Assembly: GCA_951406725.2 (NCBI GenBank)
Contig: OX597828.1
Span: forward strand, 62,868,001 to 62,932,000
DNA length: 64,000 bases
Reading direction: 5' to 3'
DNA from: Octopus vulgaris
Lineage: Eukaryota
Part shown: positions 25,237 to 38,878 of the stretch, piece after piece
Layout: every line of letters starts with the position of its first letter
Position numbering within the stretch: position 1 is the first letter of the stretch
Notes under the pieces: generated by a model
Told to the model about the DNA's origin: nothing
Database searches by the model: none
What the model saw: only the letters and a program-made list of their open reading frames with translations
Position numbers and translations under genes: made by a program

Positions 25237-25283
<47 letters not shown>

Positions 25284-26574
25284 GAGTGGTTGGTATTAGG
25301 AAGGACATCCAGCTGTAGAAACCATGCCAAATCAGATTAGAACCTAATGTAGCCCTCCAGCTTACCAGTTTCAATCACACCATCCAACCCATGCCAGCAT
25401 GGAAAATAGATACTAAATGATAACACACACACACACACACACACGAGCTTCTTTCAGTTTTTATTTCCAAATCCACTCCCAATGCTTTGGTCAGCCTAGG
25501 ACAATAGTAGACGGCACTAGCCCAAGGTTTCCCATGAAATGGGACTGAACCTGAAACCATGAGGTTGGGAAACAAACTTCAAACACACAGCCACACTACT
25601 TCTACACACACACACAGTTATCTCCATACAGTCATGTTGCAAAATGTCTTCATGAAAATCCACCATTAATGTGATACAAAACATTTTCTCGTGTGACATC
25701 CATGTAACACAGAAGCCAATGGGGAAAAATAGGAACCACATTATGGGTCCAGTGCTGTCCTAAGGCAATAAGCAGACTAGGCATTTCCCGGGGCGGAGGC
25801 AGTTCATGGGTCAAGGGACCCAGTTCTAATCTACATAGGCTGGGGTTTGCTGTCAATAAATAACCTCTGATTAGTCCGAGGGATCCACAACATTAAGATG
25901 GTCCTGTATGGAGCTCCACGTCACAGCAACATTTTTCAAAAGGGCAACACTTCCATAAAGCAGGAAGCTGGGTGTGTATGCTTGTCTATGTGTATGTAGG
26001 TGACTATATCATACTGTATATGAGAATGTGTGTATACATGTTTGTGTATTCTATTGTGCACATATCTATTATTCTTTATGCGTGTATTACATAACTTCAT
26101 GTTGTCTCCTCCTTTCCCTCTCTCAGTTAAATTGTTCTCCCCTTCAACCACTCCCTCTCCTACCCTACACTTCAGTACTTCTCTCTCTCTCTCCTCATCC
26201 CTCACTTATTATTTATACTATCCCTTCCCTCTCTCTCTCCAGCCACCCTGAATCCACCCCACCAACTGTGATGTCTAATACCTCAACTATTTCCATGGAT
26301 ACATGTAAAACTCACACAAAATATTTCTCTTATCACATTTGCCTTTATCTCTGATTTTCTCTTCTTTACACCTTGCACTGACTTACACATACACACACAC
26401 ACACTAAATTACATATATTAATACATACACACACTCAAGGAAACGCATATATAAAAACAAATACATATAAACATGTAGACAAATGTACACATATATACAT
26501 ACACGAAAACACAAATACAATACATACAGTATATTTTCATATATATAATTACACACACAGTATATATATTATAT

Positions 26575-26940
26575 TTGTTTCACTTATTTGACTGCGGCCA
26601 TGCTGGAGCACTGCCTTTAGTCGAGCAAATCGACCCCAGGACTTATTCTTTTGTATACTTGGTACTTTTTCTATCGTTCCCTTTTGCCAAACCACTAAGT
26701 TACGGGGACGTAAACACACCAGTATCAGTTGTCAAGCGATGTTGGGAGTACAAACACAGACATACAAACACACACATATACGATGGGCTTCTTTCAGTTT
26801 CCGTCTACCAAATCCACTCACAAGACTGGTTGACCTGAGGCTATAGCAGAAGACATTTGCCTAAGGGTTCAGACTCAGTGGGACTGAACCCAGAACCATG
26901 TGGTTTGTAAGCAAGCTACTTACCTCACAGCCACTCCTAT
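26575..26940 (-). mobile_element. SINE family B, full length
   Basis: Head GGAGTGGCTGTGAGGTAAGTAGCTTGC through tail CCAGCATGGCCGCAGTCAAATAAGTGAAAC. Confidence 0.9.
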
Positions 26941-26989
26941 ACATACACACACATACATTGTATCTTTAAATAGAATGTGTTATAGAATA

Positions 26990-27160
26990 CAGCTCTATAT
27001 TTAAGAGATGAGGAATTATGTACATTATTTACATTTGATGAATATTTGTCCTCATCTTGTTTGTTGTTAACATGTTTCAACTGACATACTGTCCAGCCTT
27101 CATCAGGTGTCTCGGGGAAATTTTCGAACCTGGGTTCTCATTCCTAAGGTATTTTTCGAT
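26990..27160 (-). mobile_element. Family-A HHR element, left arm
   Basis: Reverse complement of 29655-29795. Contains ACAC-CTGATGA-AGGCTGG..CAGTT-GAAAC on the minus strand. Confidence 0.8.
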
Positions 27161-27161
27161 A

Positions 27162-29585
27162 ACTGTTTGGGGTGAATGGTGGGACGGACAATGGGACAGA
27201 CTTCGGCGTGTACCTGAACGGCCTACCGCAATTCTCGGACAGCGAGGCGGAGTGCTGCGAAAGACTGATATCTGCCTGGGAAGTGGAGGAAGCAATGAAG
27301 AGTTGCACGAGAGGCAGATCGCCGGGTTTGGATGGTCTGCCCTACGAGCTTTACACTTCAATGTCAGACTTGTTTGCGGGCCTCTTGGCAAACGTCTACG
27401 GCAACTGGCAGCAAAACGGGAGAATTCCTGCTTTTGTTTGTCGAGGGATGGTGGCTTTGCTGAGAAAGGACCCAAACAAGGGGCACGTTATTGGGAACTT
27501 TAGGCCCATCACTCTGCTCAATGCAGAGTTGAAGATTTTGGCCAAGGTGTTAGCCAAGAGATTGGCGCTTGTCATGGACAAGCTGATTGACAATGCACAG
27601 ACATGCGCCGTGCCGACCAGGTCGATACACGATAATCTCCATCTCATGCGCTACATCATAGAGAGAGTGGGTAACAACACTGGCACGGATGGGGCTTTGA
27701 TCAATTTAGATCAGAGTAAAGCCTTCGATAGGGTCGACCATTGATACCTGGCAGCCTGTTTCGGTCCAGTCTTCCGTGGATGGATCACTGCTTTGTACAG
27801 CAACATCTGTTCAGTGATACGGGTGAACGGTCACCTTTCGGAGCCGTTTGACATCTCGCGTTCAGTTCACCAAGGATGCCCTCTCTCCTCTCTCTTGTAC
27901 GTACTGACTCTCAAGCCATTACTGCGCAGGTTGAAGGCTTTGAGGAGTATCCCGTGTGATCTAGGTGGAAACAGCGTGTCTGCCTATGCCAACGATGTCA
28001 CCGTGATGGTGTTGAGCCACAGGCACATTGACCTGATTGGTGAGACACTAAACGAGTACGAAGCGGTGACAGGTGCAAAGATTAACACAGAAAAGTCCGT
28101 GGGCTTGCAACTGGGCACCTGGAGAGGCAAGTCTATGCTGTCCAACAGTGTCATAGGGCGCTGGACAGACGGACCCATTAAACTGCTCGGGGTCTGGTTC
28201 GGTCCAGACCTCCAGGTGGATAAAAACTGGGAAGAGGTGACGAACAGGGTGGCCAATCTCACCCAGAAATGGGCCGAGAAGAAGCTGTCCTTGAAAGATC
28301 GAGCAGAGGTGGCGAATGCGTACATCGCATCCGTCATCTATTACCGATTGACCGTCATCCCTTGTCCCAACTGCTAGTTGACCAAGCTGGTGCGCTTGCT
28401 CTTCGACTTCTTGTGGAAGGGTCAGGTACTACTGGTCAGGCGATCCATCTGCTGTCAACGGCCGCTGAACGGAGGCCTTGGCATGCCGTGGTTACTGATG
28501 TGCAGACATGCGCTCAGCCTACAGCATCTCAAGTGTTTCCTAGATGGTGAAAAGGTGTGGTCATCTTTTGTCAGACGCGACTTTCCGCAGCTCGTCTCTT
28601 TGACAGAGTTGCAGTCTTGGATCAAACGCAGACCTTGAGTGCTGTCAAGCTCTCTCCGCCCTCCACCAGGCAGGCAATGCGATCGGTAGTGGTTCCACTC
28701 TAGCGTCCTATAGAGGGATAGTGGAAGAAAAGTGCGACGACGTTCTTGGGGAAACTCTAGGCGTTGACGATAACAAGCTAAACAGTCTGTTGGGGAGAAC
28801 TTTCGGGCTGAGGCCAATGGATAATTTCCAAAGGTCCCTTGCCTGGCAGTGCTACCGAGGGGCTCTGCCTGTTCGGGATAAACTCTACTGGCATGGAAGT
28901 GCTGTCAGACGGGCCTGCCCGAGGTGCACCCAGGACGACAAAACCGTTCTGCACGCACTCGTCCAGTGCCCAAGTATTGCTGAACTATGGGCTACTGTCG
29001 CATATAGGTCGGATCCGGCTATCTGCTGAATCCATAGTGAGGATTGCCCCGCCGACCTCCTTTAACCGGGAGCGTAAGGCAGTTTTCCTTTGCCTAGTGG
29101 CTGTAGCGAAAGAGGTGATATGGTGGACCCATTTGAAAGGGCTAAGGTCAGACACCTTCCTCTTTGGCCAAGGCCTCATCAACTTTTTCAAGTTTCACTT
29201 GAAAAGGAAGATGAGAGTAGAGAGGGAAGTGATGTCTGGTAGCAAGTTTATTGAAAGGTGGGTGAATGTCGCAAGAATGGCCAGTATGAACGGACCAATT
29301 CTGAGGATACACCTGTGAGAATTAAAAGGAAATATAAAAGGAGAAAGGGGTTCTATAACCCCCACACACACACCTTTTGACAAGGCTCTCGTGGCTTTTA
29401 TGGGTTTTTCCATGAGTAACCTTTTGAAGTGCCTCCCCCTATTGGGAGTTTTAATTGTTACTTACATTTCGTTGTTATCCTGCTTTGTACACGGACTTTT
29501 TCAAACGGACAAAACCCTTTGTAACTTTCGTCCTTTTATGTTTTAATTGATATTTGTTAGCCCTTGTGGCCAATAAACGAACGAA
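27162..29585 (+). mobile_element. 5'-truncated Tx1/L1-clade LINE (RT, C-terminal Cys/His motif, 3' UTR)
   Basis: SPGLDGLPYE, NFRPITLLNAELKILAK, LDQSKAFDRVDH, VHQGCPLS, AYANDV, GGLGMP, CPRC..TVLHALVQC. Several stops and frameshifts; ORF ends 29318; AATAAA at the 3' end. Confidence 0.93.
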
Positions 29586-29627
29586 TTATTATTATTGTTA
29601 TTCAATTCACTGTTATTATTATTATTA

Positions 29628-29797
29628 TCCAGGCAGTGACCTGAATAATAATATCGAAAAATACCTTAGGAATGAGAAATGAGATTCAAAATTTCCTCCA
29701 AGACACTTGATGAATGCTGGAGGGTATATCAGCTGAAACATTGTGTTAACAACAAACAAGATGAGGAGAAATATCCGTCTAATGTAGACAATGTGTT
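29628..29797 (+). mobile_element. Family-A HHR element, right arm
   Basis: CCAGGCAGTGACCTG-(AAT)n-GAAAAATACCTTAGG..ACAC-TTGATGA-ATGCTG..CAGCT-GAAACATT-GTGT. Confidence 0.8.
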
Positions 29798-30689
29798 ATA
29801 GATTGTATTAACACATGAAATATTAGTTTTAAAAATAGACATTGAAAACATATATATATATATATATATTCAATGTATTGCGTGAGCTGAGAAGCTCTAA
29901 CAAGACAGAAACAAGTTCATAGTTATTCTTTCTCTTGCCAACACCCACCTCCCTCTTCTCTGCATTGCCAACAGTCTACTTTTAATTCCAGTTATCTTGA
30001 TAATAATTCATCATCTGATGATTTTTACTCCTAATTACTCATGTAACCCTAAATTAATTGGTGTCTTCTCTCAGTATACACCAAGCATGTTAGGACTGAT
30101 TTGGCTATTTGGTCTCCATACAGAGGGTGTCCATGGGAATTTGACATTAGTTCTTAAAGTGTGTGAACGTATATATATGCATGACTATATGTTGCTTATG
30201 TGGACAGGTAGATGCCTATAGAGATTACAGACAGCAATTAGTCATTAGATAAATTTTTATAAGGTAAAGATTGACAGTAACTTTAAATTTTTGTCCATCA
30301 GTTTATGACTGCCTTTCTTTGTAAGAATTAATGTCCCAACATGCACGCATGCACACACTCACACACGTTTTTGTATTTGGTTTGCAAGATTTTTGATGTG
30401 AACCTGTGTGTTGAAACAGATTTTTTTGTATCTACGGGAGAGGGGCTCATTATGCCAGTAATTGACACATGCACTGGTTCTATTTCACTTCTATTTTTAT
30501 TTGTTAATTGGTCAACTATTTAACCAATTGCTTGTTTGATTAATTGATTATCGTTTGATTAATCAATTGGCAAATAATAAAGTGTGCTTATGACTGGCAT
30601 GATGACCCTCCCAAGACACACACACACTCATAGAGAGGATGAAGCTTACCAACCTATCTATACATGTCACTGGTGCAAGCTGCACAGTG

Positions 30690-30835
30690 ACCTCACTCGA
30701 CTGCACATAACTGTGGTACCTACATACAACTGAGTGAACCATATCTCACTGAGGTACCTACTCACAGCTAGATAGACTGCGCCTCACAGCAGTACCTATT
30801 TACGGCTAGGTGGACTGTGCCTCACTCAAGTAGTA
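30690..30835. repeat. Diverged ~38-bp tandem repeat
   Basis: TCACTGAGGTACCTACTCACAGCTAGATAGACTGCGCC / TCACAGCAGTACCTATTTACGGCTAGGTGGACTGTGCC, plus flanking partial units. Confidence 0.6.
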
Positions 30836-31419
30836 CTTTCTATTTTTAATACCTTAGTGACAGGAGAAATAGCAATGCCTGTGACCCTTTTCTGGGCCTC
30901 AGGGCCTCTGACTGAAGGAAGCAGCTCATTGTCAGACAAGAGACCTGACCTGAATGCTTGTAATAGAGTAAACTCTATTAAACAAACCCAAGGGCCAGGT
31001 AACGGTGTTATCAAACTAGATTAAGTTTACCAGCCAAGAGCAGGAAGAGACCTTTCAAAGGGCTTCCACACAGTCTCCATCTATGAAGCGTCAGTTACAA
31101 AGTTTTGGTCATAAGCTCGGCTTTGGTGAGGCTAAGGTCATGGTGGAAGATATTTGAGGTGCCACGCAATGGTTTTGAACTTGAAACTAAATCATTGCAA
31201 AGTGAACTCATTAACCCCTACGGCCCAACCCATGCCTGCATGCAGAAGGGACAGGTTTTTGTCACCTGAAAAGAGGTGACTGGGTGAATCCATCCTACTT
31301 CATGGATGGAGCACATCATTGTCCTGTTTGTACATCTACATGGATACACACAATTATATTGGTTTAAGACAATAAGCTATGGTGATGATGGGGTACCACC
31401 ATGTGTGTGTTAGGGTTAG

Positions 31420-31805
31420 GGTGTGGCTGTGTGGTAAGTAGCTTTCTTCCCAACCACATGGTTCCAGGTTCAGTCCTGCTGTGAGGAACCTTGGGTAAGT
31501 GTCTTCTACTATAGCCTTGGGCTAACCAAAGCCTTGAGTGGATTTGATAGATGGAAACTGAAAGAAGCCTGTCATATTTATGTATATATATATGTATGTG
31601 TATGTTTGTGTGTCAGAGTTTGTTCCTCCAACATTGCTTGACAACCCATATTGGTGTATTTACATCCCTGTAACATAGCGGTTCAGCAAAAGAGACCGAT
31701 AGAGTAGGTACTAAGCTTACAAAGAATATGTCCTGGGATTGATTTGTTTGACTAAAGGTGGTGCTCCAGCGTGGCCACAGTCAAATGACTGAAACAGGTA
31801 AGAAT
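31420..31805 (+). mobile_element. SINE family B, full length
   Basis: GTGTGGCTGTGTGGTAAGTAGC..GGTTCAGTCC..CCTTGGGTAAGTG..CCAGCGTGGCCACAGTCAAATGACTGAAAC. Confidence 0.9.
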
Positions 31806-32269
31806 ATATATATGAATGGTAACGAGGTGTGGATCCAATCAGTGCTTGCAGATGATTGTTAGATGAATGCACATTAGCAGACAATGTGCAAAACAGGTGA
31901 TGTAGATTTAATTAAATGTGGTCAGTAGTAATATCGGCAGGCAGGGGTCTGCCATCAGGATGATAAAGCCTCTGAAATGATTGAGTAGACCTGTTCTTTA
32001 TCAATTTCGTTGAGTATTTGCATTAAATCTCTTTAAATATTTCTTATTAAGAAGTAGTGATGATAAAAAAAGGACAAAAAAATTTGTTTGAAAATCCAAA
32101 AAAGTTTTTATTACCCAACCATCAACCAGTCCAGCTTCCCTGCCCACTATTTCTGAGTGGGTCATGGGGGCAGGGTTCTTAGACACCTTTTCTGCAGCTT
32201 CATCCCCCCACCCCACCCCATCACAAGTAACCATTATTAGACTTTCTGGTTGGCTTCCCAACTGAAACT

Positions 32270-32490
32270 ATTATTATTATCCAGTCGTTTCCTTTCTGGT
32301 CCACCTCTTGATCTCTTGATCTGGTTACTTTGACTTGAACAATCCATCTTGTGATTCTTTCCTGTGACATTCTAACCACAGGTTTGTAAATCTGTAGTTG
32401 TGACCTTCCAATGCAAAGAGGTAGCAGTTCAATCTCAAGAGATCCCTTGATCTCTTGCTTCACATCCTGTTGAGTAAAATTACTCCAGAG
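32270..32490 (-). pseudogene. Decayed RTE LINE C-terminal fragment
   Basis: VVRMSQERITRWIVQVKVTRSR..RGGPERKRL resembles the RTE GHVxRMxxxR..GKVEGKRxRGRPRKRW end. Confidence 0.55.
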
Positions 32491-33051
32491 ACATTTCAGA
32501 GAAACCCCAAGAAATTAAAAGGATGGGGGACTAATAAATCATCAATGATTTCATTAAGGAATCAATGATAAAAGGGGTCTTCTGACCCCTGATTTAATCT
32601 GTCGCTCGATGCCTTTAGTCCATTCTGTTGTAAGCATTTAGGTCAGGTTTTTGGTTTGAAGGGAGCTTCCTCCCTGCCACACTCACACCAGTATTAGAGT
32701 CCTTTTAAAAAAATAAAGGGTTGCTGCCCTCCCTCCCTGAAGAAACAGTAAAAGAATAAATTATGTAATCAACTCCACCACCATCAATATACTACACTAT
32801 TGACTCACTAAACATAGCAACCAAATCTCCCTCAAACAACACTGTTGTCTCTAAAAATTAGGGACACATTGTCCTAATTATGCAATGTTCATTCAGGTGA
32901 ACCTAGGGCTAAACAGAAGCACCATCACTACCACTGATATCATCAGCACTGACTCTAAGGCATTGCAAATGATAAGGGTGGCTGTAAGTGTTCACTTGAT
33001 CTGCTAGAAACAGCGGCCAAAACTCCCTCAAACCATATTGCACCACCTTAA

Positions 33052-33433
33052 CCCTTTACCATCTCCTCATACAACTTTTCAAAATAAACAATCACATCAT
33101 CAAAATCTCAAAGCAATGAGAAGATAAGTGCAGGATTAATTCAAAACACTGTGACCAGAATAATCTGTGACTGCCAAAACAGGGATTCTCAACCAGGGCC
33201 CATATGAGCCTTGATGGTGGTGGTGGTGGTGGGGGGGTCCACATAAGATTTTGTTAAAACTTATCTGCAACCGGTTATAATTTTACAATACATGAAATAT
33301 TTTTACTTCTTTTATACAATTCCTTTAAAAATATGATAGGAATTTTTGAAACACTGAATGGCTATGAGGGGTCCATTTGAATAAAATAGGAATCAAAACG
33401 GGACCATAGGTGAAAAGGGGTTGAGCTAAAGGG
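33052..33433. mobile_element. piggyBac-type MITE with nested hAT-type MITE (33180-33425)
   Basis: TTAA|CCCTTTA ... TAAAGGG|TTAA. The internal part is shared with 53560-53765. The nested element reads CAGGGATTCTCAACC..GGTTGAG. Confidence 0.7.
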
Positions 33434-33589
33434 TTAAGCAAAAAAAAAAAATACACTAAATAATGTATTCCTATGTTTATACTCCTAAAATGTCAAGATG
33501 GTCATGGTTGGAATGCTTTCAGTTTCAGCAAGTTTGGTCAATTATGTTTGATGCAGAGCTAAACAACCATGAAGTTAGGGATACACACA

Positions 33590-34085
33590 AGTGTGCATGT
33601 AAATGCTGTTCTTGCATTTGGGTGCACACTTAACCGCAATGTGAAAATATGCACCAGATTGCTGCAAGTTAATCAACACAGCTGTGCAGTGCATAGTAAC
33701 TGCACACCCAAGTGTTGCATATCTAAGTAAAGATGCAACTCTTGCATATAAACAGTGCACAACTTGAGTGTGCTAGTTTAGCAGAAGGTAGGTGCACATC
33801 TGATAATGCAAGATCGTGCAAGTTAGCTGCACACCCGATGATGCAAGATCAATAGAAACGAGGTGGTGCACATCTGACGAGAGACTGTGCAAGACAGCTG
33901 CAAAACTGATCAAGCAAGACGAGGGAAAGTCAGCTGCATATTTGATGATGATACAAGTTCAACGTAACTTAGATGCACACATGATGTTAGTTGTTGCACA
34001 TTTGATAATGCAAGTCAATAAAAGGTAGCTGCATACCTGATGATGCAAGCTCAGTGGTTTGTTACTGCACATCATCGGATGCTGG
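33590..34085. repeat. Diverged ~35-bp array with conserved core TGCACA(T/C)CTGAT(G/A)ATGCAAG
   Basis: Cores start at about 33793, 33828, 33867, 33899, 33935, 33974, 33995, 34030 and 34066, with variable spacers. Confidence 0.75.
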
Positions 34086-36845
34086 AGGAGCAAGGGGAGA
34101 GGCGTGATGGGGTGGTGGAGAGAGAGAGAGAGGGAGAGAGAGACACATACAGAGATGGTGGTGGAGAGACGAATGACAGTGAGGATGCTGGGAGGATGCA
34201 GAAACAGTGGAAAATATGGAGCAGAGAGAGGAGAGTAAGGAGGTCGAGTATGAGAGAGGAAGGGAGAGAGAGGGAGAGGAAGGGAGAGAGAGAGAGAGGA
34301 GCGAGTGAAGAAATTAGAAAACAAAACAGCGGAGACATCTGTTTGGACAGACAGACAGACAAGATAGGCAAACAAACACACAGACACACATTCATTGTCA
34401 AAAACGACGGAGGATCTGATTGTTAGGTGTGTGTGTGTGCGTTTGTAGTCCCACGTCCCTCGTACGTACATCAAACAACCTTTGACCTTTTCTATCCGAA
34501 ACAGTTTTTCAACCCAATATTTACATATTATTTATAGCTTTCTCTGGATTTCAAGAACCAATTCCGTTCCACAAAAGTGAATTCCTTCAAGTTTTCTCAA
34601 AAGTTTATAAATTCCCATGACAGAAGGGTGTGTGTGTGTGTGTGTGTATACACGCACTTATACGACTTTGAAGGAAACACATTGAAACTGGTAATATTTT
34701 CTAAAAATCACTGGATGTAACAAATATAAAAAAACACTTATAAAAAATACTTATCCTGTTTGATTAAAGGAGAAAAAACGTAAAGAGAATCTTTAAACAT
34801 ATATATATACACACACACACACACACTACATGAACACAAAACACAGTATTTATAGCGAATTCCTGAAAGCAGTGGTAGCACTGTAAAATTGACAACCGTT
34901 TCACCATTTTCAGTTCTTAATTCACCTCTTGCCAACAGAATAGCACAGGCTGAAGAGAAAGGGACAGTACCTGACTAACTTGGTCCCCTTTACAGGGAGC
35001 ACATGGCTGCTGTTGTTTACTCAAACGCTATGGCCTTGCTGGAGCATTGCCATGTTAGTTATTTTTTATTAACGATCTTTTAATTAGAAACGAAGGCAAT
35101 GTCCATCGTCCCTTACAGGTTACCAAAGACGGGTCGGAAGAAAGGCAGAAGGTGACAACAAACCAGAGTCCTGGTCTGAATGTTTGGTGTCCACTTAAGG
35201 TGTCTCAGGGGCCAAGTGGTGGTATTAAAGTAGGTGAGGGATTAAGTCTTGCCACACAAATAAGCTATGGTGGGATTTGAACTCATAAAAAATACCATAA
35301 GGTATTCAGCTCAGAGATCTCCTGGCCTTGATTGGTACTTTTTATTGACCCCCCTGAGAGAACGAAATGGTAAGTTGTCTTTGATGGAATGTGAACTTAG
35401 AACACCAGAACAAATACTGACAAACATTCTACTTGAAACTCCTATGACTGATAACCCTTTTATTGTCCCCGAGGGAGCAGACTCCGGATCAAAATATAAT
35501 CCAACCATGACCATTCCATCGTTTTTTCAAGGAAAAGTATCCTTTGGAGTACATCATCAAATGTGACCTTATTTAATTTGGTAGTGTGAAGCTTGAGGGA
35601 GATTCCATTAGTATCTTTAGCAGCTTGAGCGACATCATCGGCCTCTCTCTTGATGTAGCAGGACAATACATGGAGATGAAACATGCTGCTCCACACAACT
35701 CAGTGTTATAGAGTGCGAATCATACCTATGGATATAGCTTGGCCCTCACGTGTGTGTGTATACAGACACACACACACACGTACGTATGTACGTACGTACG
35801 TATGTATGTATGTATGTATGTATGTATGTATGTATGTATGTATGTATGTATGTATGTAGGGAGGAGAAATACCGAATCAAGGTCTTTTTAGGTGCGCGGA
35901 GGACATGACACCTCTCTAGCGGTGGTGCTGTGAAAAATAGCCCCCCAGTTCACTATATGTAGGGGTTAGCATTAGGAAGGACATTGAACCACAGAAATCA
36001 AACCAGAACAAATCATACAAATGAGATGCACTCCTTTGACCTAAGAAGACCAGCAACACTACCAAATATGGACTGACTGACTATGGCAGCTCATCCAACC
36101 CGTGCCAGGATGGAAAACGAAGCAAAATGAGATGATGATGATGATGTGGTGCACCTGAGCACTGTATACAATAATTTCATTATTATTATACAGGCACAAA
36201 CCAAAAGTATACAAGCATGACTGTGCATTTAAGATTCACATGCTTTAGGTTCAGTCCCACTGTGTGGCACTTTGGACAAATAGTGTCTTGTACAATAGCC
36301 CAGACCAGTAGACTGTCGTGTGTGCGATACTTGTAAACGAGCGTCACCGTCGTACACAAGGTGTTATTCATTTCCAATGTTCTATGGAAACATGCAGAGT
36401 CCTGGAAAAATATTTTTTTGCTTGTGAACAGGTGAGGGTTGGCAACAGGAAAGACATCCAGCTAGAGAAAAATCTGCATCAATGAATTCTGTCCAACCCA
36501 TACATGCACGGAAATGCAGACGTCAAAAGGATCGATCTATCTATCTATCTACCGACATACATTCATTATATACATACATGCATACATACAGACAGACAAC
36601 AAGAGGAAGATAAGATCCCCTATGTTGTCCATATAAACTCACTGTCAGGGAGCTGTATACGTGTGTATAAAACGCTGGCCTATTCCGAGATATATACTCA
36701 GTATGAAGATGAGTCCTGTGCACATCCACATACCTCGACATTATATGTGGCTCTATAATTATATATGCATAAAACTTGGTCATTCTCTCTCTCTCTCTCT
36801 CTCTACATACATACATAATATATATAATAGGGTAGGCCGGTTTAT

Positions 36846-36905
36846 GGGGTTACCCTGGGTTTCTCGCTCATAAGGGGTTTAGCCTTACGGCGTATCTTCA
36901 GATCC
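36846..36905 (-). ncRNA. Type I hammerhead ribozyme motif in a ~100-bp mini-element
   Basis: Minus strand: GGAT-CTGAAGA-TA-CGC-CGTAAGG..CCTTATG-A-GCG-A-GAAAC-CCAGG-GTA-ACCC. Long stem II, quasi-palindromic stem III, GUA triplet, one mismatch in stem I. Confidence 0.7.
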
Positions 36906-36941
36906 AAAACACTGCTGGCCTGAACCTCTTTTATATTTATA

Positions 36942-36999
<58 letters not shown>

Positions 37000-37019
37000 C
37001 TCAGGCAGATTTGACTAAA

Positions 37020-37064
<45 letters not shown>

Positions 37065-38130
37065 TGAAGTGTGTGCACGACACGTCAACAAGCTGCATGC
37101 CAAAGTAGACATTGGAACTGAATACAGTTCTCTAGTTTATCGGACCGTCCAACTCGTGCCAGCACGGAAGAATGATTTTAAGTGTGTGTGTGTGTACATA
37201 CATCATTCACAAGCTGTTTACATATATTCCTATACATAGACTATTTATCTTATATATACACCCACATAGGTTTTCAAGTTCTATATATAAACCTACGCAA
37301 GGATGTATGTATATATGAGTGCAACAGATTACGTTGCTATTTTCACAATATGTCATTTAAATCTACACACACATAAGGTACATGTAATATATTTATTTCA
37401 CTTAACTATATACACACATGCTATACATATATACATACACAAAAAAAACATCCGTAATCTCTGAACGTATAACAATGTATAGAATAAAGTTACATTCCTT
37501 CAACACACATAGTGTTACATCACGTACATATAGATAACGTATTACACACGCGTATATATATATACACACACATGCATATGGTTTTCAGACACATACTGTA
37601 GTCATACATATACATAATACACATACACAACAGATACATAATACATACACATACAAATTTATACGTGAACAGCATATTTCAACATACTGAGCCACACACA
37701 CACACACACACACACATGAAGCTTTTAAACAAATAGATTTTGAACACACACACGTACATATATAGAAAATATATACATATATATACAGACACACACATAT
37801 ACAGACAACCATATACGTGTACATGCACGAGTATATACACACATACATACAGACACAGCAACTCACATGTTGAAAATCCATCCAATTACACAATATATCT
37901 AAACATAGATTTACACACCTATAACGTACACACATACACACACGTGATTGTAATATTTATATATACACAAATATATATACACACCCATACATGTAAGTCT
38001 ACACAGACACATCTATCCACATGTATATTTAAGTTATATAAATGCCAACACGTATGTACAATTTAACCCCCCCCCTCAACTTATAAATAACTGTATGTAT
38101 GTTTAATGCCTTTGAACACATACTAGCGAA

Positions 38131-38162
<32 letters not shown>

Positions 38163-38388
38163 GCATTTAAGCACACACACACGTACGTACCTCTAATGTA
38201 TGCAACCGGACACATGATATAGACATACATTTGCTATATATATAGATATATATATGCATTATACACACATTCATTATGCATTACAAAGATATATATATTG
38301 CGCATTATATTGCATGCATAACAAATTATATGCATGCATTATATTGCATAACATACATTGCATATATGCACAATACATATATTGCATA

Positions 38389-38420
<32 letters not shown>

Positions 38421-38878
38421 CAATTACATACATTATGCAGTATTTTATACACAATTATTATGCGGTATATATACAACAATATTATATTATGCAGCAAATA
38501 TAAACGCGATTACATTAAGCATTATACACACACAATTATATAATACATTATACATACACATAATTACGTATTATACACGCGCACAGAATCATATGCACTC
38601 TATATATGCACATATACACGCAGTTATATTATGCATTATATATGCACACTCTTGCTATTATATTTTGTAGTTTATATACACATACATAATATCACATATT
38701 TTAAATACACACACAAATATATTAAGCATATCTATCTCTATATAAAACAATGCATGTCATATACATCGCTCTAAATCATCATATAAATCATATATATATA
38801 TATATATATATATGAAATGAACATTCACGAGCACACACACACACATATTATTGTAAAGGAAATAAAGTTAAGACTTAC

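Noticed and set aside
33590-34085. CRISPR array
   Set aside because: Eukaryotic context, degenerate repeats, short irregular spacers and no cas genes. Kept only as an unexplained repeat.
34890-34955. Possible GTPase exon 2 (minus-strand acceptor CCCTTTCTCTTCAG)
   Set aside because: In-phase translation ACAILLAR does not resemble the expected ALTLQF..YHDPTIED.
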